Shown here: positions 1 to 9,547 of the stretch, one piece after another
Layout of the letters: each line of letters opens with the position of its first letter
How positions within the stretch are numbered: position 1 is the first letter of the stretch
NCBI GenBank assembly: GCA_963813155.1
Contig: CAWEYG010000002.1
Coordinates: forward strand, 416,001-480,000
Direction of reading: 5' to 3'
From: an uncultured Acidobacteriota bacterium
GTDB lineage: Bacteria; Acidobacteriota; Thermoanaerobaculia; UBA5066; DATFVB01
DNA: 64,000 bases
Notes under the pieces: generated by a model
Databases searched by the model: none
What the model saw: only the letters and a program-made list of their open reading frames with translations
What the model was told of the DNA's origin: nothing
Made by a program: the position numbers and the translations under genes

Positions 1-203
1 GTCTGGTGATCGTCGCTCGAGGCCAGCGGAATCCAGATTCGCGCGGATTTCGCCGTCGCGGGGAAGTTCTTGAGAACGATCTCCTCCTGAAGGTCGAACG
101 CCCGGCTCGCGTCCGGCTTCGCGTCGCCCTTCGAACCCGACGGGCCGACGGCCACGGCAGCCGCCGCCAGCAGGAGAACCCGGAAAATCGCCCGCCTCTT
201 CAT
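1..203 (-). CDS. Secreted protein, N-terminal part (runs off window); possibly transglutaminase-like family
   Basis: Manual translation from ATG at 203: MKRRAIFRVLLLAAAAVAVG...SARIWIPLASSDDHQ; signal peptide plus a 'RIWIPL' segment reminiscent of transglutaminase-domain proteins. Confidence 0.5.
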   Translation of the reverse strand, partial: MKRRAIFRVLLLAAAAVAVGPSGSKGDAKPDASRAFDLQEEIVLKNFPATAKSARIWIPLASSDDHQ

Positions 204-224
204 GAGAGTTTCATCTTCGGAATC

Positions 225-1696
225 TTAGACGTCGGGGGCGGGAAGGCGCAAGCCGCGCGGAATGAACGCGCGGTCGAGGCCCTGGAAGAGGAATTCGACC
301 GCGAGCGCCAGGAGCGCGGCGGGAACCGCGCCCTGCAGGATCGTCGCGTGATCGTTCAGGTTGAGGCCGCTCAGGATCGGCTCCCCCAGTCCTCCCGCGC
401 CGATCAGCGCCGCGAGCGTCGCGGTCCCGACGTTGATGACCGCGCTCGTCTTGACTCCCGCGAGAATCGACCGCGACGCCATCGGCAGGAGGACCTTCCG
501 CAATTGCGCGCTTCGCGACAGGCCGATCGCTTCGGCCGATTCCCGCAGTCCCGGCGGGATGTCCTGCAGGCCCGTCGCCGTGTTGCGAATGATCGGCAGC
601 AGGCTGTAGAGGAAAAGCGCAAGGATCGCCGTGGCGGGACGAATCCCCAGAAACGGGACGGGCACGAGCAGCGCGAGAAGGGCGAGCGCGGGGATCGTCT
701 GGACGATTCCCGCCGCCCCGAGGATCACGCTTCCGGCGGCCGGTTTGCGAAAAGCGAGAATCCCGAGCGGAATCCCGGCGAGCACGGCGAACGCCAGCGA
801 GATCGAGACGAGCTCCAGATGGCGCGCCGTCCACCGGCCGATCTGGGCCGCCGGGCTCCGCGCCGCGCCGGTTCGCGCGCCGAAGTACAGCGCCGCGGCC
901 GCCGCGTAGTTTTTCGTGCGTTCGGCCTCCGCGTTCAGGCGCGTCATCGCGGCCTCGTCGAGCGTTCCGGAGAGGGACGCGAGCGCGGCGACGGCCGGGC
1001 CCGGGAGATCCGCGCGGTAGAGAAAAACGGCCTGGTACTGCGGAAAGTAGCCCCGGTCGTCCTGGAGAACGACGAGGTCGTCCTGCGCGATGCGCGCGTC
1101 GGTCGAGTACGCGTCCTTGACGTCGAGCGCCCCGGCCGCGAGCGCGGCGTAACCGATGGCATGGTCCACGCCGCGGACGTCGCGCATCGAAAGCGCGTAG
1201 CGGGCCGCGAGGGGCTCCCAGCCGTCCCGTCGCTTCAGGAACTCGTGGGTCAGGCCGACCGCGATCTCCGGGTGCCGCCGAAGGTCGCCGATCGTCCGGA
1301 TTCCGAGCTCCCCGCGCGCGTCCTCCGCATGACGAGCGCGTACGTGTTGTCGAAACCGAGGGGATCCGTCATCGAGACCCCGAGAGGCGCGAGCGCGGCT
1401 CGAATCGCGGCCAGGGACGGCCGGTCCGGGCGCCGCAGGATCTCCTCGGAGATCGTGCCCGTGTATTCCGGGTAGACGTCGATCGCGCGCGTTTTCAGCG
1501 CCTGCCACAGGATGATCGTGCCGCCCATTCCCGGCCGGTGCTCCGCCGCGACGCCGGCGCGGCCGAGCGCCGTTTTCGCGATCTCCGCCAGCACATACGA
1601 CTCCGTGAACTTCTTCGAACCGACCGCCACGGGGCGGGCTCCCGCACGCGTCGGGATCGCCGCGGCGAGAGACAGCAGCAGCCAGCGCCTCAGCAC
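225..1696 (-). CDS. Glycine betaine/osmoprotectant ABC transporter, fused substrate-binding + permease protein (one frameshift near 1320)
   Basis: ORF 1250..1696 has VGSKKFTESYVL and DVYPEYTGT; ORF 225..1508 continues with FPQYQAV, QTIPALALL, the EAA loop ESAEAIGLS and GAGGLG. Confidence 0.85.
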
Positions 1697-2457
1697 GACA
1701 GGCCCCTCTGCGATCGGACGAACTCCGCCACGAAGGGATTCGCGGGACTGTCCCGGAGATCTCCGAGCGAGCCTTCCTGGACGATGGACCCCTCGTTCAG
1801 CAGGACGATCCGGTCGGCGAGGAAGGAGGCCTCCGCGAGGTCGTGCGTGACGAGCACCACCGTCCGGGAAAGACGGCGAAAGATCTCGCGGAGGTCTTCC
1901 TGCAGCTTCGATCTCACCATGGGATCGAGGGCGGCGAGCGGTTCGTCGAGGAGGAGCAGCTCCGGGTCGAGAAGCAGGGCCCGCATCAGCCCGACCCTCT
2001 GGCGCTGGCCGCCCGAGAGTTCCGACGGATACCGGGACAGCGCGTCGAGAGGAAACCGCGTGAGCGCCGAGAGCTCCTCCAGGCGCAGCCGAAGCTCCGA
2101 CTCGCTCCTCCGGAGATGGCGGCCGAGCAGCAGGACGTTGTCCCTCGCCGTCAGGTGGGGAAAGAGACCCCCGTCCTGGACGACGTATCCGATCCCGCGG
2201 CGAACGGCGAGCGCGTTCCGGGGCGCGACCCTCTCGCCGCGGAACAGGACGGTTCCTTCGTTCGGAGGGGCGAGCCCGAGGACGAGGCGCAGGATCGTCG
2301 ACTTCCCGGAGCCGCTCGGTCCGATCAGCGCGACGGTCTCGCCGGGGAATACCCGGAGCTCCACCCCCGAAAGCGCGGGGGTGCCGCCGAAACTCTTGCG
2401 AACTCCGCGCAGCTCGACCAGCGGCTCGACGGGGGAAACGCTCGCTTGCGGCGGCAA
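1690..2457 (-). CDS. Osmoprotectant ABC transporter ATP-binding protein
   Basis: Walker A GPSGSGKST, LSGGQRQRV, LLLDEP, VTHD; overlaps the permease start. Confidence 0.9.
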   Translation of the reverse strand: MPPQASVSPVEPLVELRGVRKSFGGTPALSGVELRVFPGETVALIGPSGSGKSTILRLVLGLAPPNEGTVLFRGERVAPRNALAVRRGIGYVVQDGGLFPHLTARDNVLLLGRHLRRSESELRLRLEELSALTRFPLDALSRYPSELSGGQRQRVGLMRALLLDPELLLLDEPLAALDPMVRSKLQEDLREIFRRLSRTVVLVTHDLAEASFLADRIVLLNEGSIVQEGSLGDLRDSPANPFVAEFVRSQRGLSC

Positions 2458-2473
2458 TTCGCCGAGATTATAG

Positions 2474-2506
2474 AAAAAAAAGCGCCGGATCTTCGCATCC
2501 GGCGCT
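2474..2506 (-). terminator. Rho-independent terminator of the LPKTA protein gene
   Basis: Perfect stem agcgccggat/atccggcgct with a 6-nt loop, followed by a T run on the minus strand. Confidence 0.8.
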
Positions 2507-2528
2507 CGAAAAGAAATCGCAGGAAGGG

Positions 2529-3167
2529 CTATTTCCGCAGGAGGTGCACTCCGGCGGCGCCGCCAACCGCGAGAAGGCCGACGAGTCCGAGGAGAGGAAG
2601 ATCGCTGGCGGTCTTCGGCAGCTCCGTCGGCGCGGGGGCCGGTTCGGGGGCGGGCGCGTTATTTTCCGCGATCGGCGCGGGAGCCGGAGCCGGGGCTTCG
2701 GCGATTTCCGTGGTCTTCGTTTCGGTCTGCATCGGGGTCTGCGTCACGGTTCCGACGTTCTCCGCGACCCAGGTCGCCTTGCCGCTCGTGAACTTCTCGC
2801 CCCACTCGTCGCCCGGATAGAACCAGGTGTCGAGAGCGGGATGGCCGTTCGCGCTCGTGTACGTGAACTGCGCCTGCTCGTCGGTCTGCTGCTTGGTGTC
2901 GAGGTTGCGGCGGACCTTCTGGGTCACGACGGTCGTGAGGATGTTCTTGTCGTTCTCGTCGCTGACCTGCACCTGCACCTTGCCGTCCTTGAAATCGAGG
3001 ACCTTCAGGGTGTACGTGCCGGGCTGCAATACCGTGCCGGACACTTCGGTCGGTTCCGAGACGTTGATCTTGGTGTTGCGCTGGACCGGCGTCGATCCCT
3101 GAGCCAGCATCAGGTTCGCGAACCCGAGGAACGCCATGGATGCGAAGAGGGTTTTCAGATATTTCAT
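2529..3167 (-). CDS. Secreted protein with C-terminal LPXTG-like sorting signal (LPKTA)
   Basis: Signal peptide MKYLKTLFASMAFLGFANLMLA; Pro/Ala linker; C-terminus ELPKTASDLPLLGLVGLLAVGGAAGVHLLRK; GAAGGAG RBS upstream. Confidence 0.85.
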   Translation of the reverse strand: MKYLKTLFASMAFLGFANLMLAQGSTPVQRNTKINVSEPTEVSGTVLQPGTYTLKVLDFKDGKVQVQVSDENDKNILTTVVTQKVRRNLDTKQQTDEQAQFTYTSANGHPALDTWFYPGDEWGEKFTSGKATWVAENVGTVTQTPMQTETKTTEIAEAPAPAPAPIAENNAPAPEPAPAPTELPKTASDLPLLGLVGLLAVGGAAGVHLLRK

Positions 3168-3231
3168 CGGTTTCTCCTTCAAGGGCGGAGAAATGCAAAT
3201 CCTCTGCCAGAAATGGAGCCTCCCCCGGGGC

Positions 3232-4395
3232 TCAGGAGGCGGGCTTGCGGAAGGCGGCGAGCAGCGTGACGTCGTCGTAGAGCTCCCGGTCCCCGGTGTG
3301 TCGGCTCACGGCGTCAGAGATCGTCTCGACGAGGGAAGACGCCGACGGCAGGGGCTTCTCGAGCAGGGCGAGAAGGCGATCCTTCGAAAAGAACCCTTCC
3401 GCGCCCTTCGCGTCCGTGACGCCGTCGGTGTACGCGAGGAGACACTCGCCCGGGTCCATCGTCTCGCGGGCGATCCCGAACACGGAATCGGGAAACAGCC
3501 CGAGCGCCGGTCCCGTCGGCGGAAGCTCCCGCCGGCCGCGGTGCGGTCCGAACACTAGAGCAGGCTCGTGCCCGGCGTTGACGTAAACGAGCGACCCGGT
3601 TGCGGGATCGAGCACGGCGAAGAACACCGTCGCGAACATGTTCGCTCGGCCGTGCGTCACGGCGATGTAGTCGTTCGTCAGGCGAATCGTCTTCTCGAGC
3701 GTGGCCTCGGCGGTCTCCGTTCGGGCTCCTCCGGCCGAGGCTCGCAGCAGCGTCCGAAACAGCGCCATGAACAACGCTGCGCCCACTCCCTTGTCGCAGA
3801 CGTCCGCGACGACGAGCCCGACGACGCCGCCGGGAAGATCGAAGGCGTCGTAGAAGTCCCCGGCGCACTGCCGGGCGGGCTCGAAGCGCGCCGCGATCTC
3901 CCACCCCTCCGGCTGCGGCAGGAATTCGGGAAAAAACGTCGATTGAATCTGGCGGCCGATCTCGAGCTCCCGTTCGAGACTCTGGGCGCGCGACCGCTCG
4001 CGATCGCGAAGGCGTTTCTTCTCGAGAGAGGCGTCGACCCGCGCCTTCAGGAGAGTCGGATTGAACGGCTTCGGAAGATAGTCCTCCGCGCCGAGTTCGA
4101 TACACCGGACGACGGTCTCCAACTCCTCGCTGGCCGAGATCATGATCACCGGGATGTGGCGAAGCGATTCGTCCGCCTTCATCCGCGCGAGCGCTTCGCG
4201 CCCGTCCAGCTCCGGCATCATGACGTCCAGCAGAACGAGGTCGAACAAGCTGCCCGCGAGCATTTCCAGCGCGACGCGCCCGTTCTCGGCTGCCGCGACT
4301 TCGTGCCCCTGTTTTTGCAGGCGGCGGGTCAGCACGTCCCGATTCATCTCGTTGTCGTCGACGACGAGGAGCCGAAAGGGAATCTCGCCGCTCAC
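3232..4395 (-). CDS. Response regulator receiver + PP2C/SpoIIE phosphatase (RsbU/RsbP-like)
   Basis: REC motifs LVVDD, LLDVMMP, YLPKP; PP2C motifs GDFYD, VADVCDKG, YTDGVTDA, DDVTLL; GTG start overlaps the patatin stop. Confidence 0.9.
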   Translation of the reverse strand: MSGEIPFRLLVVDDNEMNRDVLTRRLQKQGHEVAAAENGRVALEMLAGSLFDLVLLDVMMPELDGREALARMKADESLRHIPVIMISASEELETVVRCIELGAEDYLPKPFNPTLLKARVDASLEKKRLRDRERSRAQSLERELEIGRQIQSTFFPEFLPQPEGWEIAARFEPARQCAGDFYDAFDLPGGVVGLVVADVCDKGVGAALFMALFRTLLRASAGGARTETAEATLEKTIRLTNDYIAVTHGRANMFATVFFAVLDPATGSLVYVNAGHEPALVFGPHRGRRELPPTGPALGLFPDSVFGIARETMDPGECLLAYTDGVTDAKGAEGFFSKDRLLALLEKPLPSASSLVETISDAVSRHTGDRELYDDVTLLAAFRKPAS

Positions 4396-5237
4396 CCGGC
4401 GGCTAGGAGCTTGCGCAGGTAGGGCACCTGTTCCCGGGCCGCGCGCTCCCCTTCCTCGATGATCATGGGGATCTTCGACGTCGCGAAGAGCCCGATCCGC
4501 TCCGGAAACGTCGGAATGATCGAGATGACTTCCGCGTGGTGGGCCATGCTGTGGAACGCGAAGTTCGAGCGGAGCAGGTTGTTCGTCATGATGCTGCTCA
4601 ACTGGAACGCGAAACGGGCCGCGGAGTTGATGGAGGTCTGGTACGGGCTCTCGAACCCCATCGCAACGATCACGTTCGCGCCTTCGCGCATCGCGACCCC
4701 GACCGGGAGGGGATCGGACATGAAACCGTCGATCAACAGCCGGCCGTCGATCGTCCAGGGCCGAAAGATGAAAGGAATCGCGATGCTCGCCCGGAGAGCG
4801 TCGACGACGCTGCCGCGCGAGAGAACGACCTGCTCGCCGGTCCGGAAATCGGTCGCGGTCAGGAACAGGGGGGTTTTCATGTCTTCGATCTTCTGGTCCC
4901 CGTAGGCGTCGCGAAGCCGCTGCAGGATGAGGCGGTCGTCTTTCAGGCCAAAGTCCTCCGAAAACCCGAGGACGCCCGGCAGGAACGCGCGCAGAAGAGA
5001 ACGGGTGTGCCGCTTCGCGGTCAGGTCGCGGGTCCACAGCCGGCGCGTCAGGTCGATCGCGGTCTCGACGTCGAGCCCGGCCGCGAGCAGGGCGGCATAG
5101 ATGCTCCCGCCGCTGCACCCGACGACGAGGTCGATGCCGATTCCCTCCGCCGCGAAAACCCTCTGAAGGCCGAGGGCCGCGGCGCACTTCACGCTGCCGG
5201 AACCGATGACGAGCGCGACGCGCTTCCCCGTGCTCAC
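4392..5237 (-). CDS. Patatin-like phospholipase
   Basis: Gly-rich GSGSVK, nucleophile GCSGG, ASIAIP, DGF (DGG-equivalent). Confidence 0.85.
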   Translation of the reverse strand: MSTGKRVALVIGSGSVKCAAALGLQRVFAAEGIGIDLVVGCSGGSIYAALLAAGLDVETAIDLTRRLWTRDLTAKRHTRSLLRAFLPGVLGFSEDFGLKDDRLILQRLRDAYGDQKIEDMKTPLFLTATDFRTGEQVVLSRGSVVDALRASIAIPFIFRPWTIDGRLLIDGFMSDPLPVGVAMREGANVIVAMGFESPYQTSINSAARFAFQLSSIMTNNLLRSNFAFHSMAHHAEVISIIPTFPERIGLFATSKIPMIIEEGERAAREQVPYLRKLLAAG

Positions 5238-5573
5238 GATCCGAAGCTCGCGACCGCGGACTCGACGTCGGGAAAGATCTTCACGATGCTCGTGAACCCG
5301 GAGAGGTTGAGCACTTTCCAAACGTCCGGGCGCACCCCCGCGAGCCGGAAATCGCCCCCCTGCTGGCGCGTGTCCTTGACCGTCGCAAGCACCGCGCGCA
5401 GTCCGGCGCTGCTCATGAACTCGACCTCGCGCAGATCCGCGACGAGTTTCGTCCTTCCGGCACGGACTTCGCCGCCGAGCGAGGCGAGGAGATCGGCCGC
5501 CGTCAACCCGTCGACGCTCCCCTGGATCGCAACGACGGTTGGCACGTTCCATGGAAATGATCTCAATCTGCAT
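5234..5573 (-). CDS. STAS-domain anti-sigma factor antagonist (RsbV/SpoIIAA-like), extra base near 5540
   Basis: DLREVEFMSSAGLR phosphorylation motif; MQIEIISMERA joins TVVAIQGSVD if one base is removed. Confidence 0.85.
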
Positions 5574-6021
5574 TCGGATCTCCCTTCGATTCTTCGAGAC
5601 GGCGATCGCGCCGCTTGACGAGCGTGAGGCGGTTTCCGCCGTCCGGGCTCGATTCGTACTCGACGCCGTCGACCATTTTCCTGATCAGCCACCAGCCGAG
5701 CCCGCCGATCTTCCGTTCTTTCCAGCCCGAGGCCAGGTCCGGCTCGGGCAGCGCCTCCGGCTCGAACGGCGCGGCCACGTCGGCGACCGTGACGACGAAG
5801 CGCTCCGGGTCGGAGCGGAACGTCAGCGAGATCGGCCCCGGTTCGCGGCCCGCGTAGCCATGCGTGATGACGTTGACGCACGCTTCCTCGACGGCGAGCT
5901 TCACCGCGAACTGGTCTCCCGCGCCCGCGCCGGCGCGCGCGCACGCTTCCGAAATGAAGTGGAGCAGCGCGGGGAGATTCTCGAGCCTCGCTTCCCGCGT
6001 GATCTCGCATTTCTCGGTCAC
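5563..6021 (-). CDS. Anti-sigma factor / Ser kinase (RsbW-like HATPase)
   Basis: LAVEEACVNVITHGY, GGLGWWLIRKMVD, GNRLTLVK. Confidence 0.85.
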   Translation of the reverse strand: MTEKCEITREARLENLPALLHFISEACARAGAGAGDQFAVKLAVEEACVNVITHGYAGREPGPISLTFRSDPERFVVTVADVAAPFEPEALPEPDLASGWKERKIGGLGWWLIRKMVDGVEYESSPDGGNRLTLVKRRDRRLEESKGDPNAD

Positions 6022-6389
6022 GCCCGGCTCGCCAGGAGAGCTTCGATCTTGCCGAGGAGCCGGGGAAGGTCGACCGGTTTCGTGTCGAAATCGTCGCAAC
6101 CCGCCTCGAGGGCCCGGTCGCGATGCTCCGACATGGCGTGCGCGGAGAGCGCGAGGATCCGGATCGGCCTCGTTCGGGGATCGGCCTTGAGCTTCCGCGC
6201 CGCTTCCCAGCCGTCCAGCACGGGCAGGTTCAGGTCCATGAGGATCAGGTCCGGCGAATCCGCGGCAGCGCGGAGGACCCCTTCTTCGCCGTCGGACGCC
6301 GTCACGACGTCGAAGCCCTTGCGCGTCAGTCTCCGCGACAGCATGTCCCGGTTGAGCTCGTTGTCCTCGATCAGAAGGATCTTAGCCAT
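6018..6389 (-). CDS. Single-domain response regulator (DivK/CheY-like)
   Basis: [30 protein letters not shown]. Confidence 0.9.
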   Translation of the reverse strand: MAKILLIEDNELNRDMLSRRLTRKGFDVVTASDGEEGVLRAAADSPDLILMDLNLPVLDGWEAARKLKADPRTRPIRILALSAHAMSEHRDRALEAGCDDFDTKPVDLPRLLGKIEALLASRA

Positions 6390-7905
6390 CGGAGGTCTTC
6401 TGGCGCTGGCGGAGCGCCTCGCGCCTCTTTTCCTCCATCTCGAGCAGCTCCGGGAAGTTGATCCGGTGGATCGAGGTCGCGTCGCCTTCCTCATTGAGAA
6501 CGTCGGTCGGCAGCCGCACCGTAAATGTCGTGCCCCTGCCGAACTCGCTTTCCGCGACGACGTCGCCGCCCATCATCTGGCAGAACCGCCTCGACAGGGC
6601 GAGGCCGAGGCCCGTCCCGCCGTACTTGCGGGTCGTCGCCGCGTCGGCCTGGGTGAACGCCTGGAAGAGCTTGCCGAGTTGTTCCGGGGTCATCCCGATC
6701 CCCGTGTCGACGACCCGAAAGACGATCCAGTGGCCCTCCGCGTCGGCTTCGCGACGGGCCTCGAGCCGGACCGAGCCGTTCTCCGTGAACTTGCTCGCGT
6801 TCGAAAGGAGGTTCAGCAGGATCTGTTTCAACTTCGTCATGTCGCCCTTGAGCTCGCCGATGTCGCTCGCGAACTGAACGGAAAACCGGTTCCCCTTCTT
6901 CTCGACGAGCGATCTCGAGGTCACTTCGACTTCTTCGATCAGCGCGGCGATCGAGAAGCTCTCGACGAAGAGGGACATCTTTCCGGCTTCGATTTTCGAG
7001 AGGTCGAGCACGCTGTTGATGAGGCGGAGCAGGTGCTTTCCCGACGTGCAGATCTTCTGGAGGTCGGGGACGAGGTCTTCGTGCCCGCCGTCGGCGGCTT
7101 CTTCCTCGAGGAGCTCGCTGTAGCCGATGATCGCGTTCAGAGGGGTCCGCAGCTCGTGGCTCATGTTCGCGAGGAACGCGCTCTTGGCCCGATTCGCGGA
7201 TTCCGCGGCTTCCTTCGCCTCCTCGGCGGAATTTCGCGCCTGCTCGGCCGCCTCGCGCGCCTGCTCGACCTGCTGGCTCTGCTGCTCGATCTGCTCCTTC
7301 TGGAGAAGGAGCTCCTGCTTGGCGCGGACGACGCGCCGGGTTTGCGAGTGCGAATTGAGCCCGAAGATCGTCGTGAAACTGACGATCGCGAGAATCGAAA
7401 AACTGGTCGTGAGAGGGCTCGATTCCGGGTTCAGGTGAAATCCGAAGAGAAGAATTGCCGCTCCGGCGCCGGCCGCCATCGCGAGAAGGCCCTTGACCGC
7501 GAGACGAAGGCCCCCGACGCTCAGGTTCGCGGCGTTGATGGACGTCAGCAGGGCGACGCAGAGAAACGGGCTGAACGAGCAGATCGCCATGAAGAATCCG
7601 AGGAGGAATGCGTCGGCAACGAGGTTGCGGAGCTCCGCGGCCTTGCTGTCGCGGCTGCGGCTGGCGACGAGCAGAGCGACGTGAGGCCAGACCAGGCCGT
7701 AGAAGGCGAGCAGCGCCCAGAGCAACGGCTGCTTCGGCTTCGACAGGAAGATCGAGCCGACCGCGAGAAAAACGACGAGGCTTGCGGGAATCCGAACGAA
7801 GTAATCCAGGCGAACGATCGGGTGAAGCCCCTTCTCCCGGATCGCGGAGAGGCCGATCGAAGAGTTTGCGCCAGGCGCGGCGGCAGCCGATCCGGTTGCG
7901 GTCAT
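6382..7905 (-). CDS. Membrane sensor histidine kinase with MASE2-like N-terminal domain
   Basis: TM region with WPHVA...ELRNLVAD; H-box [17 protein letters not shown]-box [22 protein letters not shown]. Confidence 0.9.
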   Translation of the reverse strand: MTATGSAAAAPGANSSIGLSAIREKGLHPIVRLDYFVRIPASLVVFLAVGSIFLSKPKQPLLWALLAFYGLVWPHVALLVASRSRDSKAAELRNLVADAFLLGFFMAICSFSPFLCVALLTSINAANLSVGGLRLAVKGLLAMAAGAGAAILLFGFHLNPESSPLTTSFSILAIVSFTTIFGLNSHSQTRRVVRAKQELLLQKEQIEQQSQQVEQAREAAEQARNSAEEAKEAAESANRAKSAFLANMSHELRTPLNAIIGYSELLEEEAADGGHEDLVPDLQKICTSGKHLLRLINSVLDLSKIEAGKMSLFVESFSIAALIEEVEVTSRSLVEKKGNRFSVQFASDIGELKGDMTKLKQILLNLLSNASKFTENGSVRLEARREADAEGHWIVFRVVDTGIGMTPEQLGKLFQAFTQADAATTRKYGGTGLGLALSRRFCQMMGGDVVAESEFGRGTTFTVRLPTDVLNEEGDATSIHRINFPELLEMEEKRREALRQRQKTSDG

Positions 7906-8018
7906 CTCACCCTTCTCCCGTCGCCGAAGATGAAGAGATCATACCGCGAAGGGATTGCGCTCCCGATCGCGCGGTCGCGAAGGAAACTTTCCCGCGCGGC
8001 CGGCCGTCGCCGGAAAGA

Positions 8019-8579
8019 TCAGTTTCGGACGGCTGTCGAGGGTGCAGCCGCGCCCGAGGCCACGACCGTGCGCGAGGGGTCCTCCGAAGACTCCACCCGG
8101 TGCGCGCGAACGATGAGGCGCTGGGGCGCATCGCCGACGTAGTCGAAAGGAAAGCACGTCACGAGAGTCAGGATCGGATCGGGAGTCGGCTTGAGGACTT
8201 CGACCTGAGAGATTTCGACGACGCGGATCGAGTCGACCTCGTACCGGAAATCGCCGTCGGGAGTCGTCACCTCGATCCGGTCGCCGCAGCGGACGTTGCG
8301 CAACCCGCGGAAATGGCTGTAGCGGTGGGCCGCGAGCGCGACGTTTCCGTGGTCTCCCGGCACGGCCGTGCCGGGAATGTGCCCGACCGAAACGCGAAGG
8401 GTCGCCGCGTCGTCGCCCTCCTGGATCTCCGCGTCGATTCCGAGCCGGGCGATCTCGATCCGGCCGCTCGTCCAGCGGGAAAGGCCGGCTTCGGCAGCGG
8501 GCAGCGCGGCCCGCGCCGGAAGCGTCAGGGCGAGCGTCGAGAGGAGCACCGCCGGGGCGACGATTTTCCCGAGGACCAT
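8019..8579 (-). CDS. Sortase (class D-like)
   Basis: GNVALAAHR, LTLVTCFPF and APQRLIVRA give the His/Cys/Arg triad; hydrophobic N-terminus. Confidence 0.9.
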   Translation of the reverse strand: MVLGKIVAPAVLLSTLALTLPARAALPAAEAGLSRWTSGRIEIARLGIDAEIQEGDDAATLRVSVGHIPGTAVPGDHGNVALAAHRYSHFRGLRNVRCGDRIEVTTPDGDFRYEVDSIRVVEISQVEVLKPTPDPILTLVTCFPFDYVGDAPQRLIVRAHRVESSEDPSRTVVASGAAAPSTAVRN

Positions 8580-8648
8580 TGGCGGGAAAGATAGCGAATT
8601 TCCGCCCGACTTGCACTGTTCTTCCGGACAGGTTGGTATCCTTTCGCA

Positions 8649-9491
8649 ATGCCGGAGGATTCCCGCTACATCCATGGCGTTTCCCGCGCCGAGCAGGGCC
8701 GCCTTTCGACGCTCAATCGCCTGCTCAATCCGGGCTCGCTCCGCGAGCTCTCGGTGCGGCCCGGCGACCGCGTGCTCGAGGTCGGCAGCGGCCTCGGCGA
8801 GCTCGCGCGCGCGATGGGCCGGCTCTCCGGCGTTCGGGTCGTCGCCGTCGAGCGCAGTCCCGAACAGCTCGCGGAAGCCCGCCGGGCGGCGCTCGACGCC
8901 GGGGAAGGGGGGCTCGTCGACTTTCGCGAGGGCGACGCGAGACAGCTTCCGCTCGCCGATTCGGAGCGCGGTGCGTTCGACGTCGCGCACACTCGATTTC
9001 TCGTCGAACACCTTCCGGACCCCGTTTCGGCCGTCGCGGAGATGGTTCGGGCCGTGAAGCCGGGAGGCCGGATCGTCCTCGAAGACGACGACCACGACGT
9101 TCTTCGCCTGTGGCCGGAGCCCCCCGGCCTGAGGACGCTCTGGACCGCTTACGTTCGCACGTATGACCGCATCGGAAACGACCCGTACGTCGGGCGACGA
9201 CTCGTCTCGCTGCTCGTTTCCGCGGGCGCCCGGCCGGTGCGCAACCAATGGCTCTTCTTCGGCAGTTGTTCCGGGCACGCGGATTTCGGCACGCACGCCG
9301 AAAATCTCGCCGGCGTGCTCGAGTCCGCGCGCGCCGCGATCCTCGAAGCGGAGATCCTGGAAGCGGCATTCATCGACCGGACGATCGCCGAGATCCGCGA
9401 ATGGAGCCTGCGTCCCGACGCCGCGATCTGGTACGCGGTGTGCTGGGCCGAAGGCGTCAAGCCGGGCGGGCCCGGCGCTCCGGCCGCCTGA
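8649..9491 (+). CDS. Class I SAM-dependent methyltransferase
   Basis: VLEVGSGLG, FDVAHTRFLVEH, VKPGG. Confidence 0.88.
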   Translation: MPEDSRYIHGVSRAEQGRLSTLNRLLNPGSLRELSVRPGDRVLEVGSGLGELARAMGRLSGVRVVAVERSPEQLAEARRAALDAGEGGLVDFREGDARQLPLADSERGAFDVAHTRFLVEHLPDPVSAVAEMVRAVKPGGRIVLEDDDHDVLRLWPEPPGLRTLWTAYVRTYDRIGNDPYVGRRLVSLLVSAGARPVRNQWLFFGSCSGHADFGTHAENLAGVLESARAAILEAEILEAAFIDRTIAEIREWSLRPDAAIWYAVCWAEGVKPGGPGAPAA

Positions 9492-9547
9492 AGGACAGGT
9501 CCGAAAACCGCCAGCCGGCCGCGGCTGATCGTGCTTAAATCCGTCTC

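Noticed and set aside
5539-8142. Long plus-strand ORF (867 aa) and many similar Arg/Pro-rich long ORFs (e.g. 40180..43098, 43619..45421)
   Set aside because: Antisense shadows of real genes in GC-rich DNA; no protein motifs
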